DNA of 64,000 nt from Lingula anatina (taxonomy: Eukaryota > Animalia > Brachiopoda). The stretch lies in contig CM120640.1 in NCBI GenBank assembly GCA_051362555.1, positions 51,934,788 to 51,998,787 on the forward strand, given 5' to 3'. This document shows positions 14,601 to 27,500 of the stretch, one piece after another. Positions within the stretch are counted from its first letter, which is position 1; each line of letters opens with the position of its first letter. The translations under genes and the position numbers were made by a program. Under the pieces are notes generated by a model that was given only the letters and a program-made list of their open reading frames with translations, did no database searches and was not told where the DNA came from.

Positions 14601-17600
14601 ACCGGGTTGTGCCATAAAAAAGCCATCTATCACCAATTAAAAAAAGCTCATGGCGACCATCCTCAGTCACCACCTTATAATCGCTTTCTATGATATCGTT
14701 CCCTTCCAGCACATCGTCCAAATAATTACCTGTGAAAAAAATCGTCAGCTTACAGCGGCGCTTTGACATTACTGATCTCGAATTCTAACGCGAAATAACG
14801 CATATGAAATTTATCTCCAAGCTAAGGAGAGCGACGCAGACGAAACCTTGAGACCGGAGGCCCCCCGTAGCTAGCTCCGCCCACCGTAACAGACATCGGA
14901 CAAAAGAAAGGCTTGCGTGTAATCTCCTTCTGTTATAACTCCTTGCTTTTACCTAAATTGCAGGTATGACTGAGTTCATTTCTCAGACAACTATAAACAA
15001 AAAACTTAAAAAATACATACCTTATTAAATAGTGTAAGGTTATAAAATTTAAAAAATAACCACAAATGACAGTATACTCATTAAATGTTGGTTACATTAT
15101 ATAATAATACTTCAATGAAACAGGAAACCCTGTGTCACTATTGTAGATACTGTAACATTTATAATAACAACAAAGATTAATTTACAAAATGTAACTGCAT
15201 CCTGGTTTAACAAAAATTTCTTTAATCACTACCCCAAGACCCCATTACAACCTCCTGCTATCCAATATGTCAGTTCTACCCACCCCACCCCCTTTAGGAG
15301 ATTACAGAAGGGGGATTGCAATTAGGCATCTGCTTCCTAAATTCAGTGAACAGGATTAATTTGTATTATCAAGTTTCCTTTAGGAAATGTGTGTGTGTGC
15401 TTGAGGGCAAGTGATGTAACCTAGAATTCCTCCTGGTGGATGTTGTTTCTCCCTCCATGTCAGCCAAGCCAGGGCTTGTCTCTGGTGTGGCATCAAAGTC
15501 ACTGTAAGACCATTAGGGTCTGCTAACTCTGCTCTATCTGGAGGACAAGTCTCCAATTGCCTAAAGATAATAAAAAAATGTACTTCAAATGTAGCAGCAA
15601 ATTAACAAATAAATAAATAAATCGATATGCAAAATATATCTAATATAATTTTCAGAGAAAAATATAGAAAAACACTTCATAAAACATGCTATCTATGATA
15701 AACTATCATAGCAAAGTGGAAATTATTTAAAAAAATACTATTTTTCAATTTATAAAAAATTGTTCTATCCCCCAAAACCAACTCCCTTATGGTATGAGTG
15801 AGTTTCTTGTATGTTACCTGTGTATAGTCTCAATTGCCTCAGCTGTAACAGCTCCCACCTGACGCATCTTTGAGGCTGTCATGCGGCCCTGGTATAATGT
15901 CATTGCTTGTGGATTTGCTGGGAATTTAGTATGAAATTCATTCAGTATCTCATTTTGTAATTATACTTTTTTTCTGATTAAGCATACCAGATGACTGCCT
16001 GGGGATTTGCTAGTGAATATGTTTAACAATAAATCAAATTTTTATTTTGTAGTTAAATGGTTCTTAATGAAAGGCACAGAGATCTTATTGCAAATCCAGT
16101 TGCTTTTAACATATTTTTGGATAAAAATGAGTTTTCTGGAGTTTTTTTAAAAATCAATCCTCATTTCCATTTTAAAATGACCTATACAACATAACACTTA
16201 TCGCATTTCATCTTCAGAATAAGAATATATGTAAATCTTAAGAAATACCTGCATACAACTGTTGAAATGCATGCTGGGGAAGCTGCACAACATGGTTGAG
16301 AATCTGAGTCTGCCTTAATCCATCTGGATTCTTGTTACTATAATTCTTTGCTGGGATTGTTGTAAAAAGCTGCTGGGAAGGAGGAGGTTGATCTGCAAAG
16401 ATAAAATCAAGCTTCAATTATCAAATGAAACCACGCTTTACCTATCTTAAGTTTGCATATTGATGCTATGTTTGCTTTTGCAAAATTGGATACATTGTCT
16501 ATATTTGGTGGACAGTTTATTTCAATTGAAATGATATGAATAATAAATTCTTGAGGACAGCTATCTGTTGGACAGAAATCTTGGTGTAAATGTCACATGA
16601 TCAATTTTTTGACTCAACATGTTACCTACTTGTAAATTTATTATATATGTACCATAAAAAAAATTGTTCTAACTAACCTGTAGACCCTTCTTTTGACAAT
16701 TGCTTCTTCTGGTTATCAATTCTTAAATCAGCAGCCTGTATCATTCTTTCCAATTCACCTATTTGTTGTTTCAATTTATGGCCGCTATCAGGCAAAGTGG
16801 ATTCAAACTTTTTAAAGATTTCCTGAAACAGGAATTATATGTTAAAATTATTCAGCACATGCACAATCTTTATTGAATTATGTAAATGAGGTGGGCACCC
16901 ACCCGGTAATCTCTTTTCTTAACATATAGCAACAACTAGACTTACCACAAGACAATTTTTTGATGCACATTATACATTTAAAACAGAATGTCGGATTGTC
17001 CATGAAAATAACTTTTACCTGCTGTCGCTCCAACTTCTTGATGAGGCCATTCCTTAATGCAATATCCCTATTCAGTTGGGAAACATCCAACTTAACTGCA
17101 GATTGCAACTGTGCCTTTGTGGCCCCTTTATAATCTTTAGGACGAGCACCTTGGGGATTTACAGCAACACACTGCTGTGATTCTGGCTCTGTTGTCCTGT
17201 GTTCAGAGGGGGAACTGTCCACACTGCTGTCAGAACCTGACTCTGAGCTTTTGACTTGTGCCCGAGCAACAGAAGGGTAGGTGTCAGCACTGTTTTCAGA
17301 TTCAGATCCAGAGGACCCAGTCAACCTAGACTGAACTCTATCTTTAAGGCTTGTCTGCATCAAAGACTCTGTCAACTTCTCAACATTTGTTGCTGAAGGT
17401 TGCTGAAACCTTTGAAAACAAGTAAGAGTACTTTCCGTCTGCTTCCTATCTATCAAAGTCGACTGCAAGGGAGCATTAATACTAGCACCAGCATGGAAAG
17501 GTTTGGAATCTGGTGGTTTTACATCTACAATCACACAATCATCATCATCATCATCATCATCAGCATCATCATCATCTTGTGGGAATGCCAACGGTTTGTA

Positions 17601-18925
17601 AGGTCTTGATGTAGGATTTTTAAATTCTTTAGTTGCAGGTTGATTGTGATATTTGTCAAGGGTATGCCTTGATCTAGGCTGGTTGTGATCTTGTAATGGG
17701 ACCACACTTGAAGCTTGCTGTAGAAAAACATAACATTTCTTTCAAAGATGAAATTGTGTAGAAAAGTGAACTTGTGGCAGGAAACTGGGGTCTCATTATA
17801 CTGCTTTACACATTTACTTAAAAACTGCATTTTACAAGCAATACTGTTTAAAAATTTCATTTGGTAGAATAATTTTTCTGAAATTCAATGATAGATTAAA
17901 AAAGGGAGAAACATTTGTTAGTCCCTTTAACATTTTGGCAAACACTTCACATATGACCATTTCATCTGAATTTTAAATTAATTCCCTCTACGATGAACTG
18001 TATATCGAAATATAAAAACTACAAACCTGTCCAGATTTTGTTGGTCTAACTATAGCTCCCCGATTTTCCCTTGTGCATACCTTAAAAAGCAGATATATAC
18101 AAAATCACCGACTTCAATAAAGACCTGCATTGTCAGGAGAGAAAGATTATGGCCAGGTGACAGGATAGAATAAATAATTGTACATACTGCAATCATAAAA
18201 TAGATTTCTATTCATTTTCTTGTCACATATTGTTCAATTCTGGGTCCAATTAAAACAGATAACAAAATGACATTAAGAAATTGAGTGGTACTAACCTGAT
18301 TTTCTATAACCTTGGCCCCACACCAATTCTTCTTAGCATGACGACCAATATTGCATCGAAAGAAATGTCTGAAAACGATGCAAATGTAATACATCATAAG
18401 TTTTCCACAAGAATTTGAGTTTTAATGCAAGAAAATAATAAGAAATTTTTAAATAATACTAATGCTAAAATGTGTGATCATGCAGTTTTTTTTAATTATT
18501 GTGAAATTCTTCATATCCTACCTTTTCTCACCAGTGGACTTGCTTTGCATAACAGCTTGAAGCTCAACCACATGTTCAGGGTGTTTGAAACAATGCAATG
18601 GTTGTAATCTAAAAGAAATTATCCCTTTTACTGCTATCATCAAAACACAAGGCTACTACCAATATTGTCCAATTATACTTTTGGTCTTAGAGTTGACCAG
18701 CTATACACTACAATTATTACAACTTAACAAATATAAAAATGAATGATATAGGATGTTCCAATCACTTTCAATTATTCAAAAATCAATTTCATTGATGACT
18801 ATAGACAAAAAATTACCTGGCATCTTTCACAAATCCGCATTGTGAGTTTGCCTGGGAGCAAATGAAATAGCTTCTGCCTTGGTTGGGCCCACCCTTTGTG
18901 CCAGTTTTTACAAAACATGGTTTTT
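5631..18925 (-). CDS. TTF2: Transcription termination factor 2 (TTF2/lodestar), SNF2-family DNA-dependent ATPase; multi-exon, first exon uncertain, 3' helicase-C exons probably left of the window
   Basis: Phase-consistent GT-AG exons: 18925-18817 ([24 protein letters not shown]), 18608-18522 ([14 protein letters not shown]), 18368-18296 (FFRCNIG..WCG), 18080-18027, 17717-17019 (low-complexity, poly-D), 16822-16678 (LPDSG), 16392-16249, 15917-15818, 15560-15421 ([20 protein letters not shown]), 10993-10865 (ADDMGLGKT, Walker A), 10709-10556 ([13 protein letters not shown]), 8094-7977 (VLTTYSIV), 7527-7334 (ILDEGH; [11 protein letters not shown]), 7093-7026, 6890-6802 (LLRRTK), 6626-6535, 6258-6042 ([10 protein letters not shown]), 5780-5631 (..STK). 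The N-terminal GRF-like zinc-finger region plus the SNF2 motifs match TTF2. Confidence 0.93.
8388..10403 (+). mobile_element. Helentron-associated non-autonomous element (HINE/pearl-like) with internal tandem repeats
   Basis: AACAAGG start and subterminal ATGTACAGACA (8410). Two ~340-bp modules, ~5 x 161-bp repeats (9538-10320), (GACGGC)n microsatellite, 3' palindrome ATGTACAGACAcatcTGTGTCTGTACAT and an A-rich end. Homologous to 44695-46912. Confidence 0.8.
9538..10320. repeat. 161-bp tandem repeat, ~4.9 copies
   Basis: The GTGAAAAAA(A)CAG motif recurs at 9538, 9700, 9861, 10022 and 10183. Confidence 0.9.
11056..14945. mobile_element. Non-autonomous TIR DNA transposon, P-superfamily-like, in a TTF2 intron
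   Basis: Perfect 31-bp TIR CAAGGAGTTATAACAGAAGGAGATTACACGC (11056-11086; reverse complement 14915-14945). 7-bp TSD CTTTTAC at 11049-11055 and 14946-14952. No transposase ORF. Confidence 0.85.
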
Positions 18926-18998
18926 CTTGGAAAAAAAAAAAAAGGAATATGCTGGTTTTATTTATTGATCAACAACATAATTTTACATTTTCATTATA

Positions 18999-19001
18999 CA
19001 A

Positions 19002-19044
<43 letters not shown>
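18999..19044. repeat. (TAAA)n microsatellite
   Basis: Direct reading. A similar tract lies at 52680-52723. Confidence 0.9.
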
Positions 19045-19958
19045 AATGTGTTTACCTGATACTGAGAAGCAGTCAAGTATTAGAAATGTGAAAATTTACT
19101 GGTACTGCAAAACTTGCAAACAAAAAATTTCTTCTGAAACAACAGAAAGACATGGCGGTCTTAGTGACAGGCCAGTCATTTGGAACTAAATTACTGATAA
19201 TGAATGGTATAAAACATATCAAATTCAAAAGCAGGGACAAGCAATTATTTGTAATTAAGAGAATATAATCTTTAAAAAAAAAACTTCCTTTGGTCAGAAA
19301 ATCCCAGTTAGGTTGTACCTTAAATGAAAAGCAATCGAAACCAGACCATTTCTTTTAAAGATTTGCATAAAAAAAAAAAAAAGAAAGGAAACAAAGAAAA
19401 AATTTACAGAAACAAAGGACCAGTTATGTATTGCTCTTTTTGAAACAAAACTTCAAAAAATTACTTATTCTCAGTGTTTGCCATTTGAAGATAAAATACA
19501 AAGGGAGAACAAAATTGGAGAAAATTGTATGTAAACTGTGGTATCAAGACCTCTCCTGGACAATTCTCTCTGTAATTAACATAATATAACGAGAATCAAG
19601 TAAAATTTTTGATGTCTGCCTTATATTAAAATGTATCTCCAGGTAAAGATGGGTAAACAGATAATCTCACATGCCCAGGAAGCCCTTTAATGAACTAACT
19701 GATATTTTCACTTGTTTTTCCATTACCTTCTGACATAAATGAACAACCTTTGAAACTTACTTTCTTTTTTCTTGTTTCGTTGTCATTATTTACATAATGA
19801 TTGTTATTTATAGCACTTACAAACATAAAATGAAATATGCAGATAAAATGACATTTGTTTACCTTTAGGAAAATTGGTAGCACGAAAATTCATGCGTTAG
19901 CACTCCTATTGACGATTCTGATATGTACTGTCTGTGCTAACGCATGAAAGCAAAGGCC

Positions 19959-20247
19959 TCAAAAAGTTGGAAATGAAAACCGGTTGCAGAACCAGCCGCG
20001 GTGCGGCAGCTCTCAAATTTTTATTTTACATCTCATCTCCTCAACACGCACATTACTGTGAAGCCAACCAGTTTTCCCATCAACAGAGTATCACTTTTTT
20101 TTAATCCATCTGTCTATCTACCAGTTTGACCGTCGTAAAATCATACACCCGCTATAAACAGACGAAAACCAGGCCAAATCTACTCAAGTCATGACGCGAG
20201 GGCCAGTAACCTACTGCGCATTCCGGTTTTCATTTCCAACTTTTTGA
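19959..20247. mobile_element. MITE-like inverted-repeat element in the TTF2 5' intron
   Basis: 25-bp IR TCAAAAAGTTGGAAATGAAAACCGG / CCGGTTTTCATTTCCAACTTTTTGA. No clear TSD. An adjacent 15-bp-arm hairpin lies at 19889-19948. Confidence 0.6.
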
Positions 20248-20603
20248 ACTGCATGGTACAAAAGTGAAAACAAATGAAAAGAACCACAATGATCAAGCCT
20301 GCTATTAAGTTTTGCCAATGAATCTAACCTGCATGTGATACATGCACAGCCCCTTATATTACAGGAAAATGGTGAAAGCGGAAAATGACTAGAGAACTAA
20401 TAATAGGATCTGGATTTTATCTGAATGAGTCGTACAGTGCTAAATAAATGTTCATTTATCATATCAGAAGCAGCAGGGATGTGTGTTACCGACAAACAAA
20501 ATTTTGTTCTTTGATGGATTTCTTATTGTGCTATGGGGCTTCAAAAACATTAATTAAGTTTGATATCATACAACCACAATCAGTTGCAACGAACGAAAGT
20601 TAC

Positions 20604-20630
20604 CGGTGTGGCGTGATAGACCCGTGCCAT
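20604..20630 (-). CDS. Candidate first coding exon of TTF2 (MARVYHATP)
   Basis: ATG next to the promoter and a CCG|GTAACT donor. Its length puts KPCF in about the register of human MEEVRCPEHGTFCF, but it ends in phase 0 while exon 18925 needs phase 1. Confidence 0.35.
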
Positions 20631-20639
20631 GACGAAACC

Positions 20640-20710
20640 GTTCTGCACATGCGCATTGAGGGTAGATTGAAAGAAGTAACTTCCGGTATGACGATGTCGT
20701 CCTAAGTACG
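20640..20710. promoter_or_regulatory. Putative bidirectional promoter shared by TTF2 and GPC1
   Basis: CpG-richer patch between divergent genes, with NRF1-like GCACATGCGCAT (20645-20656) and ETS/GABP ACTTCCGG (20679-20686). Confidence 0.6.
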
Positions 20711-21340
20711 CGCTATGTTTGCACTGAACTATGATTTTCCAATTCATAATTCAGTGGTTTTCGTCATGAGAGAGTATGTATTTGATAATCTGATTACTAC
20801 AGTATACAGGGGAATGTTGGAAGTGAGCTTTTGATCGTGACTGAACTGTTTTGCTCTGTGTAAAAAAACGTGGCAGATCTAAGACTCGTAGTATAAATCT
20901 TTTCACTCTACAATGCTCTTTCAATTCAGTGTTCAGTCATTTTCATTAAAAAGAAATTGTTTGTTTGATAATACTACAACTTTCTCTACGGAGAAATGTT
21001 GGAAATGCATGTGCAGCTACGTACTGTAAGTCAACAGACTGCTACCCCTGCGTGAATAATCCGCCAGAACGGTTTATTCACGACGACGGTTTCTTCACGT
21101 CACACCGGGAAAGTCCCAATCATTTTCATTTTTCACTCACTTCAATGGTAACAGATTTCGACATTTTAATACTCACATCCACAATTTTTATGTACGTTTA
21201 GCAACTTACGGTTACAAACTCGCTGTTTACAAACACAAACATATTTTAACAAGTCTTATTTGCATTTACCGCTGATTTTACTTACGATGTCCATCACACA
21301 GCACAACCTCCATTCTATTCTATATTATTTTGTAAATGTA

Positions 21341-21550
21341 CTAGTTAGAAATCTCGCGGGAATCAACGCGAGGAACTTCCTTCGCCAATCATGTCCCTTC
21401 AAATTGAGAACGAGGCGTATGTTTAAAGATGGACGTCTTAGTGATGAGAAAAGTGGTGAAAGACAAAACTTTGCGCTTATATGATCCATAAGGGCTATGA
21501 AATAACAACGTTCAATCATCTCAAAATCTGACTTATTTTTAATATGAGGA
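21341..21550 (-). mobile_element. Non-autonomous Helitron (210 bp)
   Basis: On the minus strand: A|TCCTCATATT... 5' end, subterminal hairpin CTCGCG-ttgattcc-CGCGAG, and ...CTAG|T 3' end. Confidence 0.65.
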
Positions 21551-21583
21551 TTTTCTCTTTTCATTACTTTTTTTGGAGCAACA

Positions 21584-24500
21584 ATGCATACGAAGACAAC
21601 AACAGAAAGGTAGGTTTGTTAGATCTACACTCCAATTTTGCTTCGGTATTTGGTCGACCTCGCATGACACGCAGGAAATGCCATATAACATTCTGTGGTA
21701 GAAAGGTCAGTAAGTTCCTGAATGCAATAGTTGGAAAAACGGACAACTAGCACCACCTACAATCGTCACCCCTACTATCAAGGTACTTACCGCAGGTAAT
21801 CTTAAGGCCTCAAATACATGTGCCGTGGGTAGCCCCATGTATAGCCTTGTGCTTCCCAGTATGTCAGTGATCATGGTATTTAAACTGATGTGTGAACTGA
21901 TAGAAACCTTTTGTTTGTATAAAAGGACAGCAACTGCCAATGATATGCTAAATTGTGTGATATTTCACATATGTCTAAGGCTAACAACATGGTAACAGTT
22001 TGATATTTCAGGAAATTCAATGTAGTAATTAAGTTGTGCATGTCTACTGGTGTACTAGTAATTCTTATTTAGCTACACCAGGCAATCATTATGTATTAAG
22101 TTAGATTTTTAAAAAATGATTAGAAATAAAACATTTAGAATGGCTAATAACATTTATGGAATACAGTAAAAGCAATCATTACATTGTGCATAACTCATTT
22201 AAAAGATTAAAAATTCAAAATAACATGTGGCAAGCAACTGTATCCTACTCATTCTTATTCTACCAGCTCGAGAGGAACCTGAACATATGGCGTAGTGCCC
22301 CGTTTAGCTGTTTTGAATCTCAAGCAGGTTTTTTCTCAAAAAGACATGCTATATAGAAAAAAAAACTTTTAACTGATAAATTTGTATTAAAAAATTATAG
22401 CAGCTTACAATTTAATTTTATATAAATACCATTCACATTTAGTTCTGTGTATTATTGGATTTTGTATTAATGTCACTTTTTATCTGATAGTAATGCAATG
22501 TTCATTGATGTTTTTCATTATATTTATATTTAAACTGCCTGCTGACAGATAATAATTGTTATAATTCTAACACTTGATATATAATTCTTAGTCTACCAAA
22601 TGGCAGAGAGGAATTTTTGGATTGAATTTGTAATATAAGTTTAAAAGTTTTTAATAGCATTTTCATGAACTAGTACCAGTACCTGCTTGTGTTTCAGTGA
22701 GGACAACCAAAATGGAGAAACAATTTTTATGGATAAGGACATTCCAAGCATTCAAAAATCATCAATAGAACTAGGTCAAATAAAGGAAGGCAGAACCGAA
22801 GTTAAGGGTCCTATTGGTATTGTAGAGGTATGGGAATAAACTTTTTACAGTTAAAAGGTCACTCATATGCTTTATCCACTTTATACTTTTTTGTTATATA
22901 TGATGCCTAATATACCTACAGCTGGCGAGGTGGATTTAGATGTATTGCCCGATATTTAGTCATTCCACCCTTTTCTTTTACCAGAGTAAGATGCTATAAA
23001 AGTCATTTATCAACATTTCAGGTTGCCAAAAAGAAGAATGTTGTAGAGAAGCTGATATATGTCATATCAGTCGCAACAGTTTTCTTCTTGGCTCATGCTG
23101 TAATCACAATCCAGTGGGTGCTGCCTTATTACTATGCTGTCAGTGCACCTATTTTAATTTTGATTAGAATAATCTTATACTGGTATGTATCATTTTTGGG
23201 TATCTTTATGATTCAGTTGGATAGAATATGAACTGTAGTTTTATTCATATAATTTCTTACTATTCATTATTTTACTATGTATGGAAAAAGTTAATTATAC
23301 TACATGCAGTGCATTTACTACTGTAATAATATCATGCAGTGTATTTTATACTTGTATAAAATTTATAAAAGAGTGGAGTGCCTTCTTAGCTTCTAAAGTC
23401 ACTTGATGTATCTGTTTTCAGTTCAATTCAAAAATGTGAGACAGAAGTCATGTAAGGTCACATGAATAATGCACAGTGATTGTACCCTGATAATGTTGTT
23501 TTTCAGGAAATTGAAGTGGCAGCTGTTCATGCTGGATTTCTGCTACCTAGGAAACACATTATGCTATGTGTACATGTGGTAAAGAACGAAAATCCTTTTA
23601 ATCTATCTTATCCCAATAAAGGGTACAGATTGTAGTCAAATTACCTATATTAGAAGCATGATAGTTATTTTAGAACCTACCTAACATATTATGAAGGATA
23701 TTATGTCTTTGAAACATTATCTTAATGAGGTCAGTCAAAGTATGTTAAGGTAGTTCAAGACTGTTTCATTTATCCTTACTGACCTATGTAGAGGTGAATG
23801 GTTTTAAGAGATTGAAGGCTATAGAAAGAACTCTTTAACAACTTGAAGACCTGGATAAACATTTCTTGTAAATGCCTACTTGATATGAAATAGAGTTCTA
23901 CAATGAGTTATCCCCATTGTTTTAAAGAAAACTTTGAGACTAAGAAGAAATACTGTAGCAAACCTTTACTACATATCAATTGCATCGATTATTTATGTCT
24001 GGCAATCTTTGTTCATTGTCATTGATGTTTCATGCTTTCTTTTCAGGGCTGCTCCTGCTAATGACAGTTTTTTCCTTCTTGTGTTTTCTATTGCAAATGG
24101 CCCATTAGTATTTGGAGCACTTATGTTCAGAAATGCATTGGTTTTCCATAGCTTAGATAAAATGACATCAGTTTATATTCACCTCCTGCCAGCATACTTA
24201 ACATTCGGGTAAGGCTTTTTTCAGTTAAATTATTAATGTATGAGTGAATTTTGTGAGTCATTCAGTAGAATTAGAATGATTGCTTCGAAAACTCTGATAC
24301 TGGAACTTCCATTTGCAACTAATGTTGCAGTCTCAACCCGAGACCTTTGACTTCTATGCACTCAGGGTGGCCATGCTGTTATTATAATTTAGCAGCTACA
24401 AAAATTGGCATGAGATAGTAATCTGTTTCTGACTTAATTCTGCAACTACATAAGACATAATCATGAAATTTGGCATGGCTGACTACTAGGTTGCAATACG

Positions 24501-27500
24501 GTGCCATTTTGTGATTTTCCGTTCTTTGCTTAGGAGACATGTGCCTTAATTATGATGCTTCGTTTAAAGATATCCAAATTTTGCCACACAACCTGACCAT
24601 GTTCTACCATATAGTTTCAAACAGTATAATTTTTAAATAGAGAAATACCAAAGGGCATTGTTTCATTTCATTCCCAAAAAATGATATTTGAACGAATATT
24701 TCCTGCTTTCTTTCTGTGCTATATATATATTTTTTCTGGAAGTAAATATATGGTAGTTTACTTCTTGGAGCAGAATCCAAGATATCATTTTAACTGCAAA
24801 GACTAATGGCCCATTTAGATGCTGATCAATCAGGGGCGGATCCAGAGATATTTTCTGACAGTCTTCCAAATAATCTTTGTTGATCCATCCTCCATTTTGA
24901 CCGTCTTCCGACAGAAAACATACGATACCCGTCAATGTAAACTTCAAAATCTGACAGTCTTCCGGAAGATCTGGAAGACGGGCTAAATCTGCCCCTGATC
25001 AAGATACCAATAACAGATACAGGGGACATTGTCGTCAGGTGTCAAAGCAATTGGTTTGTGGGATAAGTCTGTCACCATTGCAGATAAAATCACCTAATAT
25101 GGTATTGGGCAGGCGTAGGTATTAATGAAAGTATGAAGAACAATTGAGTTGGACAAATTTTTGATAAGGTCTTTATAACTGTTGTAAGGTGTGCTTGTAA
25201 AGGTCCATTGAAAATCGGTGTTATATAACATTATTAATGACAAAATCTAAACTGTGTGATTGTAAGAAAATCAGCTGCACCCCTTTGCAGTAATCATGCA
25301 TGGCCCCTTTTAGCTGTCTATAATAGAGAAAATCAAGAAACTAAAACACATTAGTCCAAAAACCGCTGATATGGCATCATCAGCAAAATGACCATACCCA
25401 GTACTATCTGTAGATGAATAAAAGCCATGAACAGAAGGTGGTAATGTTATAATAACTAGTATTATATTAAGTCATTTGATAGCCTGGTTTTGGCTAATGG
25501 GGTATATGTCCTTAATAAAAACTATTGAACTTATTAACTTAATTGAAAAAAGGTTTAGTCACAGACTTCATGCACTTGGTGATGTATTTGACACAATTTG
25601 TGTCCATTATATAGGGCATAAACACTAGAGAACACTAGAGAAACTTAATTCTAGTACTTTTCCTTCTGTTTTCCACTTCCTAAACAATACAGGGTGAGAG
25701 AATTATTTATCACATACAGTCAGTATCAGGTATTACTGTTATTAATTTGCAATTTAATGACATTTATATTGATATGAATTTTCATATAATTTTTAGACTT
25801 TTATATCTATAGCTATGCGGTGTACTTGAGTAAGCATTCTGTTGTCACATTTAGATCCAAGTTTTATGGCATTAAATTCAATTATATTAGGGCCATAGTA
25901 AATATTATATGATTGTTTTATCATATTGAACCACCACATAATCTTATCACAGATGATAATTTTTGAATACATATACATATAGTTTGTATTTTGTTATTTT
26001 TTAGTATACGTTGGTTTCCGGGTTCCTGCTCAGTGTATTGGTATCAACCATTTATATCTGTATTCCAAGCACCCTCTTTTATATGGCTATTGGTGGTACC
26101 ATTGGGAATTGTCTTAGGGCATTCTGTAAGTATGCTGATTATTTCATGAAGTTCCTATTATAGATTGAATTTTTTCATTTCTGTTTGAGAACTGTACAAG
26201 TAAAGGCAGAAAAAACTTCTTATTTACTGCCTTACATACATTCTTTTGGGTAATAAATAAATCTTCAGTGATCAGTGACTAAAGTAATTAACATTTACCT
26301 CACCTCAAAGTAAAAAGGTGTTACGTAAGTTGGTGATTTTAGCTTTGAGTTGCCTATGCTTATAAATTGCAACGAAAATATATAAATGCCAATATTTTAT
26401 ATTCTTAGGGGTTTTTCATTGTTTTAAACTAGTACAAAGATAGATGCATTATTGAATAATTTGATGCAGGAAAATTTTTTTTTTGGTATCTGGATGATAA
26501 GGGTTACAATATCCTTAAGCATTTCAGTTTTTACAGCACGCAACTTTGAAAAACATTCATTTGGTTTGGAATGAGTACAATTTCAGTTCTCTTTGTAGTT
26601 TATATGAATTGGAACATCGCATGCATAAGATTAGAACTGATCAGCCATGTAAAAAGGTCATTATGCTAAATGTTACACTTAGGAAAAAGAGTTTGGAAAT
26701 GACTAATTTTGTTTAAGAAATCTGCCATGTTTTGCTTTAACTGATAATTGAAATGTCCACTTTTTCAGGCATTATACATCATTGTGGTAATTTTAATCAT
26801 CAAGCCAAAGAAGGAATTCCTTGACAGTTACAGATACTTGACAGGAAAAGAGAGTTCTCTGGTCTTCAAGATAATTAACATATGTGGGCCTAAGTAAGTA
26901 ACTATACAGGTGAACAATATTTGACCTAATGAAATATATGTGCACATCCAGAGGACTGGGTGACAACAGTGGGACATGCGTATCAAAATTTCAACATGGC
27001 GTCGACCTAGTGAACCTGCTTGCCGCTTAGAATATGCACCATATTGCCTTATATTAATAAATTTTGGAAAATGTAACATTAAACACATATAATTATGATC
27101 AAGCTAGTAAATGCAAATATTGTTTTTTGTTTGGCAGCAGTATTCAAGATTGATTCCGATGCTCTATCTCCTGTTGTAGTTGATGGTTTTTATAGGTAGA
27201 CACTTTGTGTCTTATAGTAACTTATCTAAACTGGCTCGCGCTGCCAGTAATTACGCCGCGGGATATTCAGGGCACAGACCGTGATCATAAGACATACGGC
27301 GAATAGAAAATAGAATTTAGAAAATAAACATTGCATGTGAATGAAGCCTTATTATTTGATTTCTATAAATAATACCGCAGTAATGGTGCTGATAACTTTG
27401 AAGAGGTATGGACACTGAGAAAAATAAATTTCTTGATGAAATATACCTGTTGTTTCCACAAGCAGTGGCAGTTAAGTAGCCATATTCTTTATTTAATTGA

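Noticed and set aside
17400-17860. Poly-Ile and poly-Met ORFs
   Set aside because: Alternative frames of the (GAT)n poly-Asp tract in the TTF2 exon.
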